A stretch of DNA of 63,790 bases, counting the filler, from Octopus bimaculoides (Eukaryota), in NCBI RefSeq assembly GCF_001194135.2. It is 8 parts of 7 records of this genome, joined end to end, with 100 filler letters (N's around TTAATTAATTAA, not from the genome) between each part and the next. Parts side by side here need not be neighbours in the genome. Positions count along the whole stretch, not along the records: positions 23,285 to 40,287 come from NC_068982.1; 7 more parts are not named here. One strand, 5' to 3'. The notes under the pieces were generated by a model. The model saw only the letters and a program-made list of their open reading frames with translations, ran no database searches and was not told where the DNA came from. Position 1 is the stretch's first letter. The number at the start of each line of letters is the position of its first letter. A program made the translations under genes and the position numbers. Below are positions 23,436 through 36,246 of the stretch, piece by piece.

Positions 23436-26400
23436 GACTTCCGGTTGGAAGGCTAGAACGTCGGTGGAAGCTTGACAGGTATTTTCTTATCAAAACTAGT
23501 TTTAGTTGATATTATTGTTTAAAAGGGAGCATAATGCAATAGTCTTTGCCCCTAGAAAAAAGAATTAAATAGTATTTGAGCCTTGTGCCCAAATATTAGT
23601 ATTTGCGAAATGTTTACATGTTCGCAGTTTGTGACAGCAGGAAAAGTCACGGAAATGTAATTTTCGCTGACACAAGCAACAATCTTGAGGACAAAATTGA
23701 TAATGAATCCATAAGAACCACAGACCCTATGGACAGCGATAAAATTAACTGCAAACAACAAAGAAGTAATGCGACAGAGAAAAGCGACACAATGGAGAAC
23801 ACACAATCACTCGATAGTCGAATAGACCACAAAAATGTAACTGTCAATACCCCAAACAAAAATAATGTGGAAAGTATCTCGATAACTGATTTCAACACAG
23901 GAAATAACTCCAACAACACACTGAGCAGAGAAGTATAATAGAAAACAATAACAGAACGCATAACGATATCAAAAACATCGACGAGAACACAATCAATAAC
24001 AACGCCAACACCAGCAACAGAGAGGTGGGTGTATTTAGAAGTAACAAAAGCAGTGACAACGTGAACGATTCCACTACAACTATCGACAGTGAGAGCAGAA
24101 CAAGTACTTTTACAGCAGCAGCTGCGAAATGCCAACAAAAGTACCATGAGATAGACATCTCAAACAAAAAAGAGATGTTAACCCACGCCCACAAACTCAT
24201 AAAAAGAGAGTAAAACCTGGGCTAACCATGCAATCTCAGCCGAAGTGGAGACAGAAACTGAGAGAAAAGTAAAATATAGGTACATCTTGGTACAGCCACC
24301 TTCAAGTGAAGATGGCACTGATATCAACCAGAGAGAATGTCGAATTCATTCAAAGGGCCTGAATTTATGGTACCATCTCGGTCTTTTTCTAAAACAGAAG
24401 AGTTGGCCATGAAGCATTCGGTGGGACACCGTAAAACTGACCAGCTCATAATGTTCCCGTACTACATGGGCAGAAGAATAATAAAAGTTCGAGTTCCCGG
24501 AATAACACCAGGTATCAACATATGATGGCTCGTGGGATGCGTGATCACGGAGGGCAGTGACACCCTCCTAAAAGTCCAACGGAAGCAAAAAGAAGACTGG
24601 GTTGAGATGGTTTTGGAAATGCTAATCCAAATAAATTCACAAGACTTAGAGAACATCCCAGATCATGTCCGCCTCACGGATGGGACGAAATTACTCTTGA
24701 TCACCAACGCCATCTTGGATGCATGTGTGGATTGGATGGAGCTAGCAGATAGGAAAGGTGGCTGTGCAAGCCTTGCAAACCTGCTCGGTCGTTTCCAGCT
24801 GGCTGACAGTTTCAGACTGGATTACCCGGATGCCCCAGTGTGGACATGGACAAACAGCGTCTGGTCATCCAGATCTTATCTAGATAGGGTGTTTTGTAGG
24901 CCAGCAGATAGGGAAAGCATAGGTTGTCCATAATTCGAACTCGTCAGCTATACAAACTCCAAATTTGTGATCTGTACGGTCGACCTAGATAGGCTTCATA
25001 AGCAGGGTCCCCGATACTGGAAGCTGAACGCGCCCTTCCCGGCACGTCAAGCTTTCAGAAACCAACTTAACAAGTTAGTTCATCGAAAGTTGACGGGTGC
25101 AGTCGTCAACAACCGATGGTGGGTAGCCCTAAACCGAGCGATTAGAGTAGAAGCTGTAGAATTTAGCAGAAATCTAGCGACAGAGAAGACTAGAGCAGAG
25201 GGTGACCTAGTTAGGAAATTAGAAGAGGCACTCAATAGAGGAATTGTTATTGACGTACTGGCAGCGAGATTGGTTCTGAAACAATTCTTCAACACCAAGC
25301 ATGAAGGTTGCATTGTCAGAACTAGTGCATGTGCTCTAAAGCAGGGGGGGAACGAAAACCGTTCGATGGGCCCGGGTGGCCGAGGCGCAACGTGATAACA
25401 AAATTACAACTTGGTCTTTAAAGGGTCGGGATGGGCGCATGCTATACGAGTCCAAGCAGATTTGTGCGGAATTTCAGTGGCACTTTGCTGAACTCTACGG
25501 GGAGCGCGGTAGTCCGGAGGAAGAGGTGAACTTCACTTCCTACGTTAATAGTCTGCCGCGGCTTTCGATCAAGAATGTAGATTCTGCGAAATGCCGATAA
25601 CAGCTGAAGATATACGTGGAGTGTTGGCTAGTTGCTCGAGGAAGAAGTCTCCGGGATTGGATGATCTACCCTTCGAACTTTATATTCATATATCAAACTT
25701 GTTTGGTGACTGGCAGCAGAACGAGAGAATTCCCAGATCTGTGAGCCGAGGTGTGGTGACGCTACTGAGCAAGGATCCGAACAAGGGGGGCCATTGTTGA
25801 TAACTTTAGGCCTGTAACTCTGCTAAATGCAGACCACAAAATTTTGGCCAAGGCGTTAGCAAAGAGGTTGGCGCTTAACGTTGACAGACTGGTGGATGAT
25901 GTGCAGACTTACACTATCCCTCACAGATCTATCCACGACCTCCATCACACGCGATACATCAAAAAGAGGGTTGGTGAAGAACCTGGTATGGGTGGGGCTC
26001 TGATCAATTTAGATCAATCGAAAGCTTTCGATAGGGTCAACCATCAGTACTTAGAGGCTGTCCTTAGGGCGGTTGGTTTCGGTCCCGTTTTCAGAGGCTG
26101 GATCGCTGCAATGTACAGCGACATCTGTTCGTTGGTCAATGTAAATGGCCACCCGTCGGATTCGTTTAGCATTGCACGTTCGGTCCGTCAAGGATGCCCG
26201 CTCTCACCCCTTCTCTACGTACTGGCGCTCGAGCCATTACTGTGGAAGCTAGATATTTCGAGGGTCATCCCGCGTAAACTGGGATGCGGAAGGTTTGTGT
26301 CAGCGTATGCGGTCGACGTCACTGTTATAGTGTCGGACATCTCGGAAATCGAGATGGTCGGCACAATATATTGTTGACTTAATCGCCTTGTTAACTGTTG

Positions 26401-26529
26401 TGTTTTTTTTTTTTGTTTGTTTTTTTTTTGCTGTTTACACGTTTAACCCCATTGTCCTTCGTCTGTGTATCATCCTTTATGTTTTGTGTTCGGCCCTGGT
26501 AGCCAATAAGGAAAGTATCATCATCATCA

Positions 26530-26582
<53 letters not shown>
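23436..26582 (+). mobile_element. Tx1/L1-clade LINE, internally deleted and pseudogenised, both termini retained, inside an (ATT)n tract
   Basis: 5' end GACTTCCGG, then an Asn/Thr-rich ORF1 remnant. APE motifs: NAILD, DSFR..P..WTWTN..SRSYLDRVF, GPRYWKLN. RT motifs: KSPGLDDLPFELY, FRPVTLLNADHKILAK, LDQSKAFDRV, VRQGCPLSPLLY, AYAVDVT. Several stops and frameshifts. T-rich 3' UTR ending in an (ATC)n(ATT)n tail. Confidence 0.9.
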
Positions 26583-26659
26583 GATAACACTTCCAATCAG
26601 TTAAGATCAGAATCTATGAGAGCCACTGCCTGGTACTACATCAAGGTTATTATTATTAC

Positions 26660-26721
<62 letters not shown>

Positions 26722-27546
26722 GGATTTTTCTTTCTGCTGTGCCTTTCTTTTGTCTATATTGATTTCTTACATTGATAAAAGACGAATTTTATGAAAAAAT
26801 ACACTCGATTAAATAGAAACGATATTACCGGTACTTATCGATCTCTAAGAAATGAAAGATAACGTTTACTTGGAAACAATTCGAACTTGGAATGTAGAGG
26901 GACAGAGTTAAATATATTAAAAGTTAGATCTGGTACACTGTAGTTTTTGTCATCATCCGTGCAGTAAGTATCGGAAACCTAAAGTAAATCACAAGCTCCG
27001 ATCACTTTCTCTCTTCCATACATAATTATTAATAATTTAACAGTTATTAAGAGATAAAGGACAAAGCTGACCTACACAAGTTTTGAATTCGGAATGTAAA
27101 CGGTCAGACCGAAAACTTATCCAACATTTAGTCTAGCATTTTGTAACTTTTTTTCTGTCTGTTTGCTGCCAACACCGTTTGTATTCTAGAATATAGACAA
27201 AAGGAGTTTGGCGCTAGTAGAGAGATTGCTAGCTTAAATATTTTATGGTAATATGTGTTTCGTTGTTCTAAATTCAAGTCCCAACAGTGTTGGCTTTAAA
27301 TTTAATCCCTCTGGCGTTCATAACATTTGTTTTATTCATTCCCCTCACGAGAACGATAGTCATTAACTATGTCCTTCGTGATTAGAAGTACAGACAAACA
27401 TGCTCACAGCCCTACTGACTTCAAAAAATGCAGAAATAGAGGTTATTACATTCATGCTTTTCAATGAGGCCTTACCACAATTAAATGACAATCAAGAATT
27501 GAACCAGAGTTGCAAATATAAGTCGCAGGGAATTTATTACATACAC

Positions 27547-27974
27547 TGCGGCGCTTGTCACGGAGGAATTTCAACCATGTTTCGTGGTCTGCTACCACAA
27601 CAGCTCCTTTAAAGGATCCAGTTAGCTCAAGACATCATCAGGTGGAACCACGTCCGGTTTCGGCCCATACTCCTCTACCGTTTTGACGTGGCGGAGCCCC
27701 CTTTTCGGAGGTGTCTTCAGCTCTGGTGTTGGGTGCATGTCTTCTTTCTTCTATTCCCTGGCCTCTTCGATGCAGCATCAACGAGTGTCAGCATCCGACT
27801 GACTGTCTTGTCAAATTCCCCTTTTTATACCTGCTGCTAGGCTCCAGCAGGCTGCCCAGCAAGTTGTCACGTGACACTGTCTAAATTACACAAGTACCTA
27901 AAACAAAGTAAGGAAAGCAACCAATTCCAAATAAAAAGGGTTTGTCTTAAATCTTTGCTTGTCCTCACATGCCA
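27547..27974. mobile_element. Solo-LTR-like element (428 bp)
   Basis: TG...CA ends with a 5-bp direct repeat TACAC at 27542-46 and 27975-79. TATAAAA on the minus strand near 27830 and AATAAA on the + strand near 27930. A homologous copy starts at 39894. An alternative boundary is TGTCAC..GTGACA at 27556-27876 without a TSD. Confidence 0.6.
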
Positions 27975-29477
27975 TACACAGGACATATTTCTTTAGAGAC
28001 CATGCACCATATATGATACACAATCCCAATTTTATTTTCATCCACCAGAGCAAGAAAGTTTTTATAACTCAGAACGTATGGAACAAGAGTTAACTAAAAT
28101 TCTGAAAACAGGGAAAGATACTCAGAACAAACTTACGAAAATGCTTTAGAGAGGCAAAGGATTAAGAATAAATACCATTATTATTGTGATGGTTTCCTTC
28201 GTGAAGCGATATATTCACAACATTATGTCCCTATGCTATGGTTTCGGTTCACTGTTGCAATTGTTTCATTTATCGTACTAATACTTTCAGGAAATGTTTG
28301 TTAGTACTACCTCCCACACTGAAATGAAATATTGTTAGTGTTGTCATTGTAGCGGCAGATGTGGTTATTCAATGAACAAATATAAATGGAACTATCACGG
28401 GGATATTTTACATGGCTAAAAATTCATTTCGTATTAAATAGGATTTACATTCATAATGCTCGAAACATAATCAACTCATAATTATACCTAAATTAATAAA
28501 ACTTCACGTGTTACAGAAAACAAATAGTTGTATATTTTAATTGCAATTTCCTCATTCTCTTCATTATCATCAATTGTTAAGAGTCAACGGATATTTGGGG
28601 CTGAATCATAGCCAACCAGTTCTTTTATATGCAATGCTTCGTCTTTCCGTGCTCTTCCAACATAAGTGTAAAGTAAACAAAAATAAAGAAACATGTTTTA
28701 TAATAATATGATATAAACGATTGAAATATTTAAAATATCATACACACACACACACACACATGCATATAAACTAACCGAAATATCCAGAGTTGCTCGGACT
28801 GAGGAGAGAGAGAATTATCAATTTTGCAACATAATTTACGATAATTTTATAATAAATCTTATGGACAGACCATAGACAGAATATTGGTTTGAAATTTTGG
28901 AGCCAGGCCAGCAACGTCAAGGGAGAGAGAAAAGTCGATTACATCGACCTCAGTGATCAACTGGTACTTATTTTATCGACGTCGAGAGGATAAAAGGCAA
29001 AGTCAACCTCGTCGAATTTGAACTCAGAACATAACGACATACGAAATGCCGCTAAGCATTTGCTCCGCGTACTAACGATTCAGCCAGCTCACCGCATAAA
29101 CCAGAGAAAGAATATTAGATCAAGTATACCACATAACATTTATACGAATCTGGAAAAAATAGAAGAAAAAAAGAAAAAAATTTCCGTTTCTTCATGCTTA
29201 ACCCTAAACTTCTACTCAACATTTTAAAACCTAAGCTCTAAAACTTCACCTTGCTCTGTAATGCTAATTCATAATCACTGACCCTACAACTTAAAACTTC
29301 TTTTAGAATCATAATCCCCTATGTTTAAAAGAGAATTCTAAACATAGGTTTCAAAGAAAATAATTCCAAAGTCTTATGGCTGGTAACTCCACTACAACAA
29401 TGAGGAGAGAAAACGAAAGAAATTTGTAGAATATCGTAATTTCTGATGCTTAAATTCTAGAAACCGAAAAAAATTAA

Positions 29478-29521
<44 letters not shown>

Positions 29522-30246
29522 GTTCTTTTATCTTTTACTTGTTTCAGTCAATAGACTGCGGTCATGTTAGAGCCCCACCTTAAAGAATGTTTTGTCAAAT
29601 GAATTGACTCCAGTACTTATGCATTTTGGTACTTATTCTGCCAGTCTTTTGCAGAACTGTTAAGTTACGGAAACGTAAGCACACCAACACTGGTTGTCAA
29701 GCGGTGATGGGTGACATACACGCGCGTGCACACGCACACACATACACGTATATACGACAGGCTTCTTTCCGTTTCCAGCTACCAGATCCACTTACAAGGC
29801 TTTTGTCGACCCGGGGCTATAGTAGAAGACACTTGCTCAAGGTACCACGCAGTGGAATTGAACCCGAAACCATGTGGTTGAGAAGCAAACCTCTTACCAC
29901 ACAGCCACACATGAACCTGTATTACAGGAGATGGTGAGCCTGAAACACATCGATGTAGCTTACAATTTCAGTAAAATGGGGGGAAAAAAGTTCATGCAGA
30001 TAGTTATGCGTTTGTTGATGCTCTAGAACGTTAATCCCTGAGATAATACTCAGGCAACACCGGGTACTTCGATTAGTATATACGCACATATGTGTATACA
30101 TTCGTGTGTGAGAGAGAGAGTGGAGTGTATTTATATGCAAGAGTTTATAAGTGTGCGTATTTATATGTGTGCATGAGTATCCGTCTATATGCATATCTGC
30201 ATATGTGATTATCCTGTATGTCATAGCATATGTGTGTATGCATATG

Positions 30247-30474
30247 CACGAGGGGGTGCTGAAAAGTTTCTGGCTTCAAGGGTATCACGAAGGGCCTGGT
30301 AGCAGGCCAACCTTCCGAGTTTTTTTGTTTTTTTTACAGGGCTTAGAAAAACTGAAGAACCGCTGCAATAAGTGTGTGAATCTGAGAAGGAAATATGCTG
30401 AATAAAATCATGATTAACTGATCCTCCTGTATTTTCTTTTACCCGAAGCCACGAACGTTTCAGCACCCCTTGTA
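30247..30474 (+). mobile_element. Mariner-derived MITE retaining the transposase C-terminal codons
   Basis: TIRs (T/C)ACGAGGGGGTGCTGAAAAGTT / AACGTTTCAGCACCCCTTGTA; internal FFLQGLEKLKNRCNKCVNLRRKYAE*. Confidence 0.8.
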
Positions 30475-31749
30475 TATGAATATTTCTGTTCATATATACA
30501 CGGCTAGTTGGCCGAACTATTGCCTAGAGCTACTGTTTCTGCGCCTCCCTCAACTACTCCTTTTCGAATTTCGGAGTTTTTCCATATACTTTAACATCAT
30601 TCTTCATTCTCACTTTGAAACTTCATTAAAACTCACGCTAATACTCTTGCAGCCTTTCAGCGATACTCGAGATTTTTAGGTCTAGTTCAATTTTCTAGGT
30701 GTTAGAATAACATACATACATACATACATATATACATACAAAGAACACATGCATTCACCATACATAGACGCATATATGCACATATGCATACATATATACA
30801 AATACACACACACACGCACGCACAAACATACAACACACGTATACGATAGACACACATACACGCACATGTGCACACATACGTACATACATACATACACACA
30901 TACATAGGTACGTACGTACGTACATACATACATACATACATACATACATACATACATACATACATACCAAAATCATTGATAATAAGATTAGCCTCTGCTA
31001 GACCTGCGATAGATGCATCACATCTCACCAGAATGGTGAGATGTGCCTTTGCTGTTCATGAACAGGAGATAGCTTACTAAACACTTCATCAATAAAAGAA
31101 ATTAGGATGCCTCTAAGCAGCCATCTTCTGATACAAAATGAATGTCAATTGAGCCAGTGTGGTAGGTATCTCCCACATCTTCAGCAGCTGTCCCCCACAA
31201 AAAAAAATTTTTGAGCCCGCATAGGCACAGGCGTGGCTGTGTGGTAAGAAGCTTGCACTACTGCAGAAGTCACCGACCCAGTGGTAGTAAATGAATATCA
31301 CATGTAAAGTATTGAATAAATGAACATCAGTAGAGAACTATTATAAAGCTTAAAGGTTTTATAACTGAGCTAAAGATTTTTGTTTATACCCGAGGTCAAT
31401 AAGAGAAGGGCTCAGCTTGTACATTAGCCCGGTGAACAGAGAGAAACCGGTCCTGTTCCATCTTGCAAAACTTCTTCTGGGAGCCCTAAATGCTTATTTC
31501 TCCCCCCTCTCTCTCGTGTGTGCGTGCGTGCGTGCGTGTGTGTGTGTGTGTGCGCGTATGTATGTGTGTGTGTGTGTGCGTGTGTGTGTATGTGTGTGTG
31601 TGTGTGTGTGTGTGAAGCGGCTTCATGCAGGCATAGCATGGATTCGATCCTCGATCGACAAATTTCACTTAACAGTACAACGGACTTTTCTCACAGAGAA
31701 ACATTAAGTTCACAGCAGTTACGTTTGTCAGATGCCTTCGCTAAGTAGA

Positions 31750-32332
31750 ATAATGTCTTTACCACTTGACCCCTGCTAACCTTTTGTATGCGACGGAGAG
31801 TTAGATTAACAGAAAAATAGACCTCCCAAAATACCCATTGTTTGGATACGGTATGTCTCTCTTTCTCGCGATCTGGCGATAATTATATATACAGAAGATT
31901 CCCAAGCAAAAGTTAGTTGGTGAGAACGGAGTCTGGCTGACCGGCTGAACAAAACGCTGTCTCAAAAGGAAAAGGCATAAAGGGACAACTGTGGTAACTC
32001 ACCAATGAAGCTGTTGTTTCGTCTCACCACTCTCACTTGCACTAATTCACTCCTTTTCTCTGTAACATTACCATATCTCTCTATATATACTACTATGAGA
32101 TCGTGTATACACATATCGGCCGAAATTAACTCTTTTTACCTCGCATGCTTTTCCGTTTACTAGTTATACGCACCAACCCGTCGTGGTTTTGGATATATAC
32201 ACAGTATCGGTAAATAAATATCTCTTTACAACTTCAATCACTGTTCTTCTTCCATCTTGCATGCTGGCAACCAGCACCTTAACAACAACCGTTACAATTG
32301 GTGACCCTCGACTGCAACGAAGAACCAACCGT

Positions 32333-32336
<4 letters not shown>
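31750..32336 (+). mobile_element. Gypsy-like LTR remnant with a tRNA-Trp-type PBS
   Basis: LTR ends ...AAATAAATA...CCGTTACA (32296), then TGGTGACCCTCGAC. This resembles TGGTGACCCCGAC, the complement of the eukaryotic tRNA-Trp 3' end. Confidence 0.6.
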
Positions 32337-32375
<39 letters not shown>

Positions 32376-33420
32376 CCAAATAACCACATTCACTTGCACG
32401 CCCTTACTCTTACATTAAGCACTTCCATCCATAAACAGAGTTTCAAAGAAAATTTAGTCGTCATAATTATGCTAAAAATTCGTAGCAGAAAATATACATA
32501 TACCTTTTATCTTTTATTTCTTTCAGTCATTGGACAGCTGCTATGCTGGGGCACTACCTTGAAATGTTTAGACCTGTCGTTTGCAACCAGGGTCCATATG
32601 GCTTCTAGAGGTCTATATAAGATTTTGTTAAAATTTATCTGCAACAGACTTGTTAGATTTCTATAATTCACACTATATTTTAACAATTTTTAAATACAAT
32701 TCCTAATATTTAATTATAAAGAGATAACATTATTTTTTAGGATCGTAAAGTAAAATAGGAATCAAAGGGCTCCATAGGCTAAACATGACTGAGGAACACT
32801 GGTTTACTCGAACGTATCGACCCCAGCACTTATTTTCTTTTAAAGCCTGCTACATATTCTATCGGCCTTTTTTGCCAAACTGCTAAGTTACTGGAGCATA
32901 AACAAGTCGACACCGGTTGTTAAGCAGTGGAGAGGAACACAATGACACACACACACTCATACGCATATGCACGAGCTCCTTCAATTTCCGTCTAATAAAT
33001 CCACTCGCAAGGTTTTGGTTGGCCCGGGACTATATTAGAAGACAGGTGCCCGAGGTGCCATGGAGTGGGACTGAACCCAGAACCATATGGTTGAGAAGTA
33101 AATTTCTTACCACGCAGCCACACCTGCGCATACAAATTATGCTTATTTATGTCTCTTCCTCACTGTTTGCCTATATTTTAGTGTTTGCATGAGTATATGA
33201 GTATTTGCCTATGTACATGTGTATTTCGGAACAGCTGAGTATTCCTCACCCAACCACCACCACACATCCTTACATACACACACTCAAATACACTTACATC
33301 AACCAACAACTATACATCTCTTCTAATTAACCAGTTCGCCATAAAGTTGCACAAGGCCAAGCCAAACAAGTTGCCAAAACAACTTCCCAGAATTAAAATA
33401 TGAATCATGATATTCTTCAG

Positions 33421-33583
33421 AGAATATTATTTCCTATGATAGACAAAATATCTCCACAAAACATATCACTACTGTCTGATGAATTGGGAGATGAATCTGA
33501 CAGTAACTTCGACCTACTGAACTTCCACAATACCAAAGTTAACTTCTCACTTTGGTCAGATTTCAGTTCTTTTAATCTTATTG
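33421..33583 (+). CDS. Candidate internal exon resembling the C-terminal end of a class C GPCR (mGluR/CaSR-like) Venus-flytrap domain
   Basis: ttcttcAG|...attg|GTATGC, phase 0 to phase 1, open frame RILFPMIDKISPQNISLLSDELGDESDSNFDLLNFHNTKVNFSLWSDFSSFNLI(G). By eye, SDELGD...FDLLNF...LIG resembles the FDENGD...YxIxNF...VG motif. Two N-glycosylation sequons (NIS, NFS). Confidence 0.4.
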
Positions 33584-33620
33584 GTATGCGCACACAGTGC
33601 ACAAACTCAATTCAATTAAA

Positions 33621-33652
<32 letters not shown>

Positions 33653-33848
33653 CTGGGTCAAATTACGTACGCACATACACACGCGCACGCACCTACACAA
33701 ACAACTGAATGTATCCTTTTATTCTTTTACTTGTTTCAGTCAGTTGACTGCGGCCATGCTGGAGCACTGCCTTGAAAGGTTTTAGTCGAACTAATCGACC
33801 TCCAGGACATTTCTAAGCCTAGTACTTATTTTATCATCCCTTTTGACG

Positions 33849-34639
33849 GGATCTTTATGGTTTGACGGCCAACATTTTTTTATGTAGTGTTTTTGGTACC
33901 GAAACACTTTCAAACTTCGAATACTTGTATATTTTGTGTTATAGAACAGATAAAAAATTTTGTATTCGAAGTTATTTCATGTAAAAAAATTGTCGTATTT
34001 CGGTAATTTCAACCAATCACTGACGTCTATTGAGATGAAAACAGTTACGCCGTGGAATGTAGACAACGGTGTTACGGGATTTTTTCCCTTGAATAAAATT
34101 AGTGCCGTTGTTTGTCAACAAAAACTATCCGTTGTCAACAACAACTATCAGCGGTATATATTTCGTTTGTCACTGTTATTTATGACATCGTTCGTGCGTT
34201 TGTACTGGTTTTAGCTTTAGGGTTTCAGGGTTAGGGTTCGGGTTTTAGAGTTAGGGTTAGTTTAGGATTACGGTTAGTGTTATGATTATTTTTGCCATAA
34301 CCTTAACTGTAACTCATAACCATAACCCTAACCCTAACCCTAACTCCAACCCTAACCCTAAAACCCTAACCCTAAAACCCTAAACCCTTACTAGGGAATA
34401 ATGCAGAATAACACACTTGACACCGAACAGCACTAACTGTATTCAGCTGAATAGACGTCAGTGATTGGTTGAAATTACAGAAATACGACAACTTTAACGT
34501 GAAATAACTTATTAAGAAGTAATTTTTGTTAAGAGGGCTAAGAGAAAAAGATGTTTTATATGACACATTCTACCAGTATCCCAAGTTTGAAAGTGTTTCG
34601 TTAAGAAAACAAGTGTTGGCCGTCAAACCATAACGATCC
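33849..34639. mobile_element. Merlin-type MITE (791 bp) with internal inverted telomeric repeats, inserted in a SINE
   Basis: TIRs GGATCTTTATGGTTTGACGGCCAACA / TGTTGGCCGTCAAACCATAACGATCC, with about 200-bp imperfect arms. 8-bp TSD TTTTGACG at 33841-48 and 34640-47. GG termini plus an 8-bp TSD are characteristic of Merlin. Confidence 0.85.
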
Positions 34640-34709
34640 TTTTGACGAACTGCTAAGTTACGAGAACGTAAACACACCAACACCGGTTGTCAAGCGGTAT
34701 GGGGGACAA

Positions 34710-34756
<47 letters not shown>

Positions 34757-36246
34757 TATATGTGTGTGTGTGTGTACGGAAACTGAAAGAAGCCCGCCNN
34801 NNNNNNNNNNNNNNNNNNNNNNNNNNNNNNNNNNNNNNNNNNNNNNNNNNNNNNNNNNNNNNNNNNNNNNNNNNNNNNNNNNNNNNNNNNNNNNNNNNNN
34901 NNNNNNNNNNNNNNNNNNNNNNNNNNNNNNNNNNNNNNNNNNNNNNNNNNNNNNNNNNNNNNNNNNNNNNNNNNNNNNNNNNNNNNNNNNNNNNNNNNNN
35001 NNNNNNNNNNNNNNNNNNNNNNNNNNNNNNNNNNNNNNNNNNNNNNNNNNNNNNNNNNNNNNNNNNNNNNNNNNNNNNNNNNNNNNNNNNNNNNNNNNNN
35101 NNNNNNNNNNNNNNNNNNNNNNNNNNNNNNNNNNNNNNNNNNNNNNNNNNNNNNNNNNNNNNNNNNNNNNNNNNNNNNNNNNNNNNNNNNNNNNNNNNNN
35201 NNNNNNNNNNNNNNNNNNNNNNNNNNNNNNNNNNNNNNNNNNNNNNNNNNNNNNNNNNNNNNNNNNNNNNNNNNNNNNNNNNNNNNNNNNNNNNNNNNNN
35301 NNNNNNNNNNNNNNNNNNNNNNNNNNNNNNNNNNNNNNNNNNNNNNNNNNNNNNNNNNNNNNNNNNNNNNNNNNNNNNNNNNNNNNNNNNTCCCTTTCTA
35401 TTAACCTCCTTCAACTTTCTCAATACGCTTAGTAACTTCATTACATTCTCTACTCATATTCATTAATACAACTATTTCCCCGCTCTCTCTCTCTCTCTCT
35501 CACCACTCCATCCCGTCTCTCCTCCACCATCCCCCCCACCACCACCATCATCTCACTTTCCACCTCTACACACCCCACCAACTTTTCCCTGCCTACATCT
35601 CAAATTTTGCATAAGCTCAGCGCCTCCCATACTTACAAGCACCTTATTTTCTCCCTTTCTTTTTCTTTCATTTAAAAAAATTTTTTTTCCTTTTTTGTTG
35701 CTTCCTTTTCTATTTGTAACTTTTCTGTTTCGATTTCCAACAATTTTTATTATCCTAAAGTTTATTAATCTTTTATTCTTTTAACATAGATACCGGTATG
35801 TTTGTAGATTCCCATATTTTTATGTAGCTTATATAAGCGAGCGTGCGCTTGCGCATGGCTATGTACACGTTTATGCACGTGTGTGCGTATGATTATATGA
35901 ATGCGCCTGTAAACGTACGTAAGGGTATGTATGTGTATGCTGTTTACACGTATATAGTCGTACGTCTATAAATGCGTGCACGTAATGCGTATATATGTGT
36001 GTGCTTGTGTATGTACACACATAAATATATATATGTATATATATCTATGCGGGCGCGTGTTTACATAATTGAATAGAATCAAAGTTATGTGTGTGTGCGC
36101 GCGCGTGTGTCAGTAGGTAGGTAGGTATTTTCCCGATGAACGCTGAGGAGGTACATTGATTGTATTACGCCATCTCGTTAATTGTTCTGCATTATAATGA
36201 CAGTTGATTTACTGAAACACTTGTATGCTTTATAAATCATAACATA

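Noticed and set aside
26585-26650. 65-bp insert between ATT tracts with faint similarity to U2 snRNA (ATCAGTTAAGATCAG)
   Set aside because: The match is short and AT-rich; more likely a fragment of an ATT-associated retroelement.
27400-27612. 70-aa ORF with an MLF..AL.Q.N...L motif, interrupted by the LTR-like insertion
   Set aside because: After removing the insertion and TSD, the frame continues into SINE-like sequence and loses the expected Cys. The similarity to class C GPCRs is too weak to call a feature.
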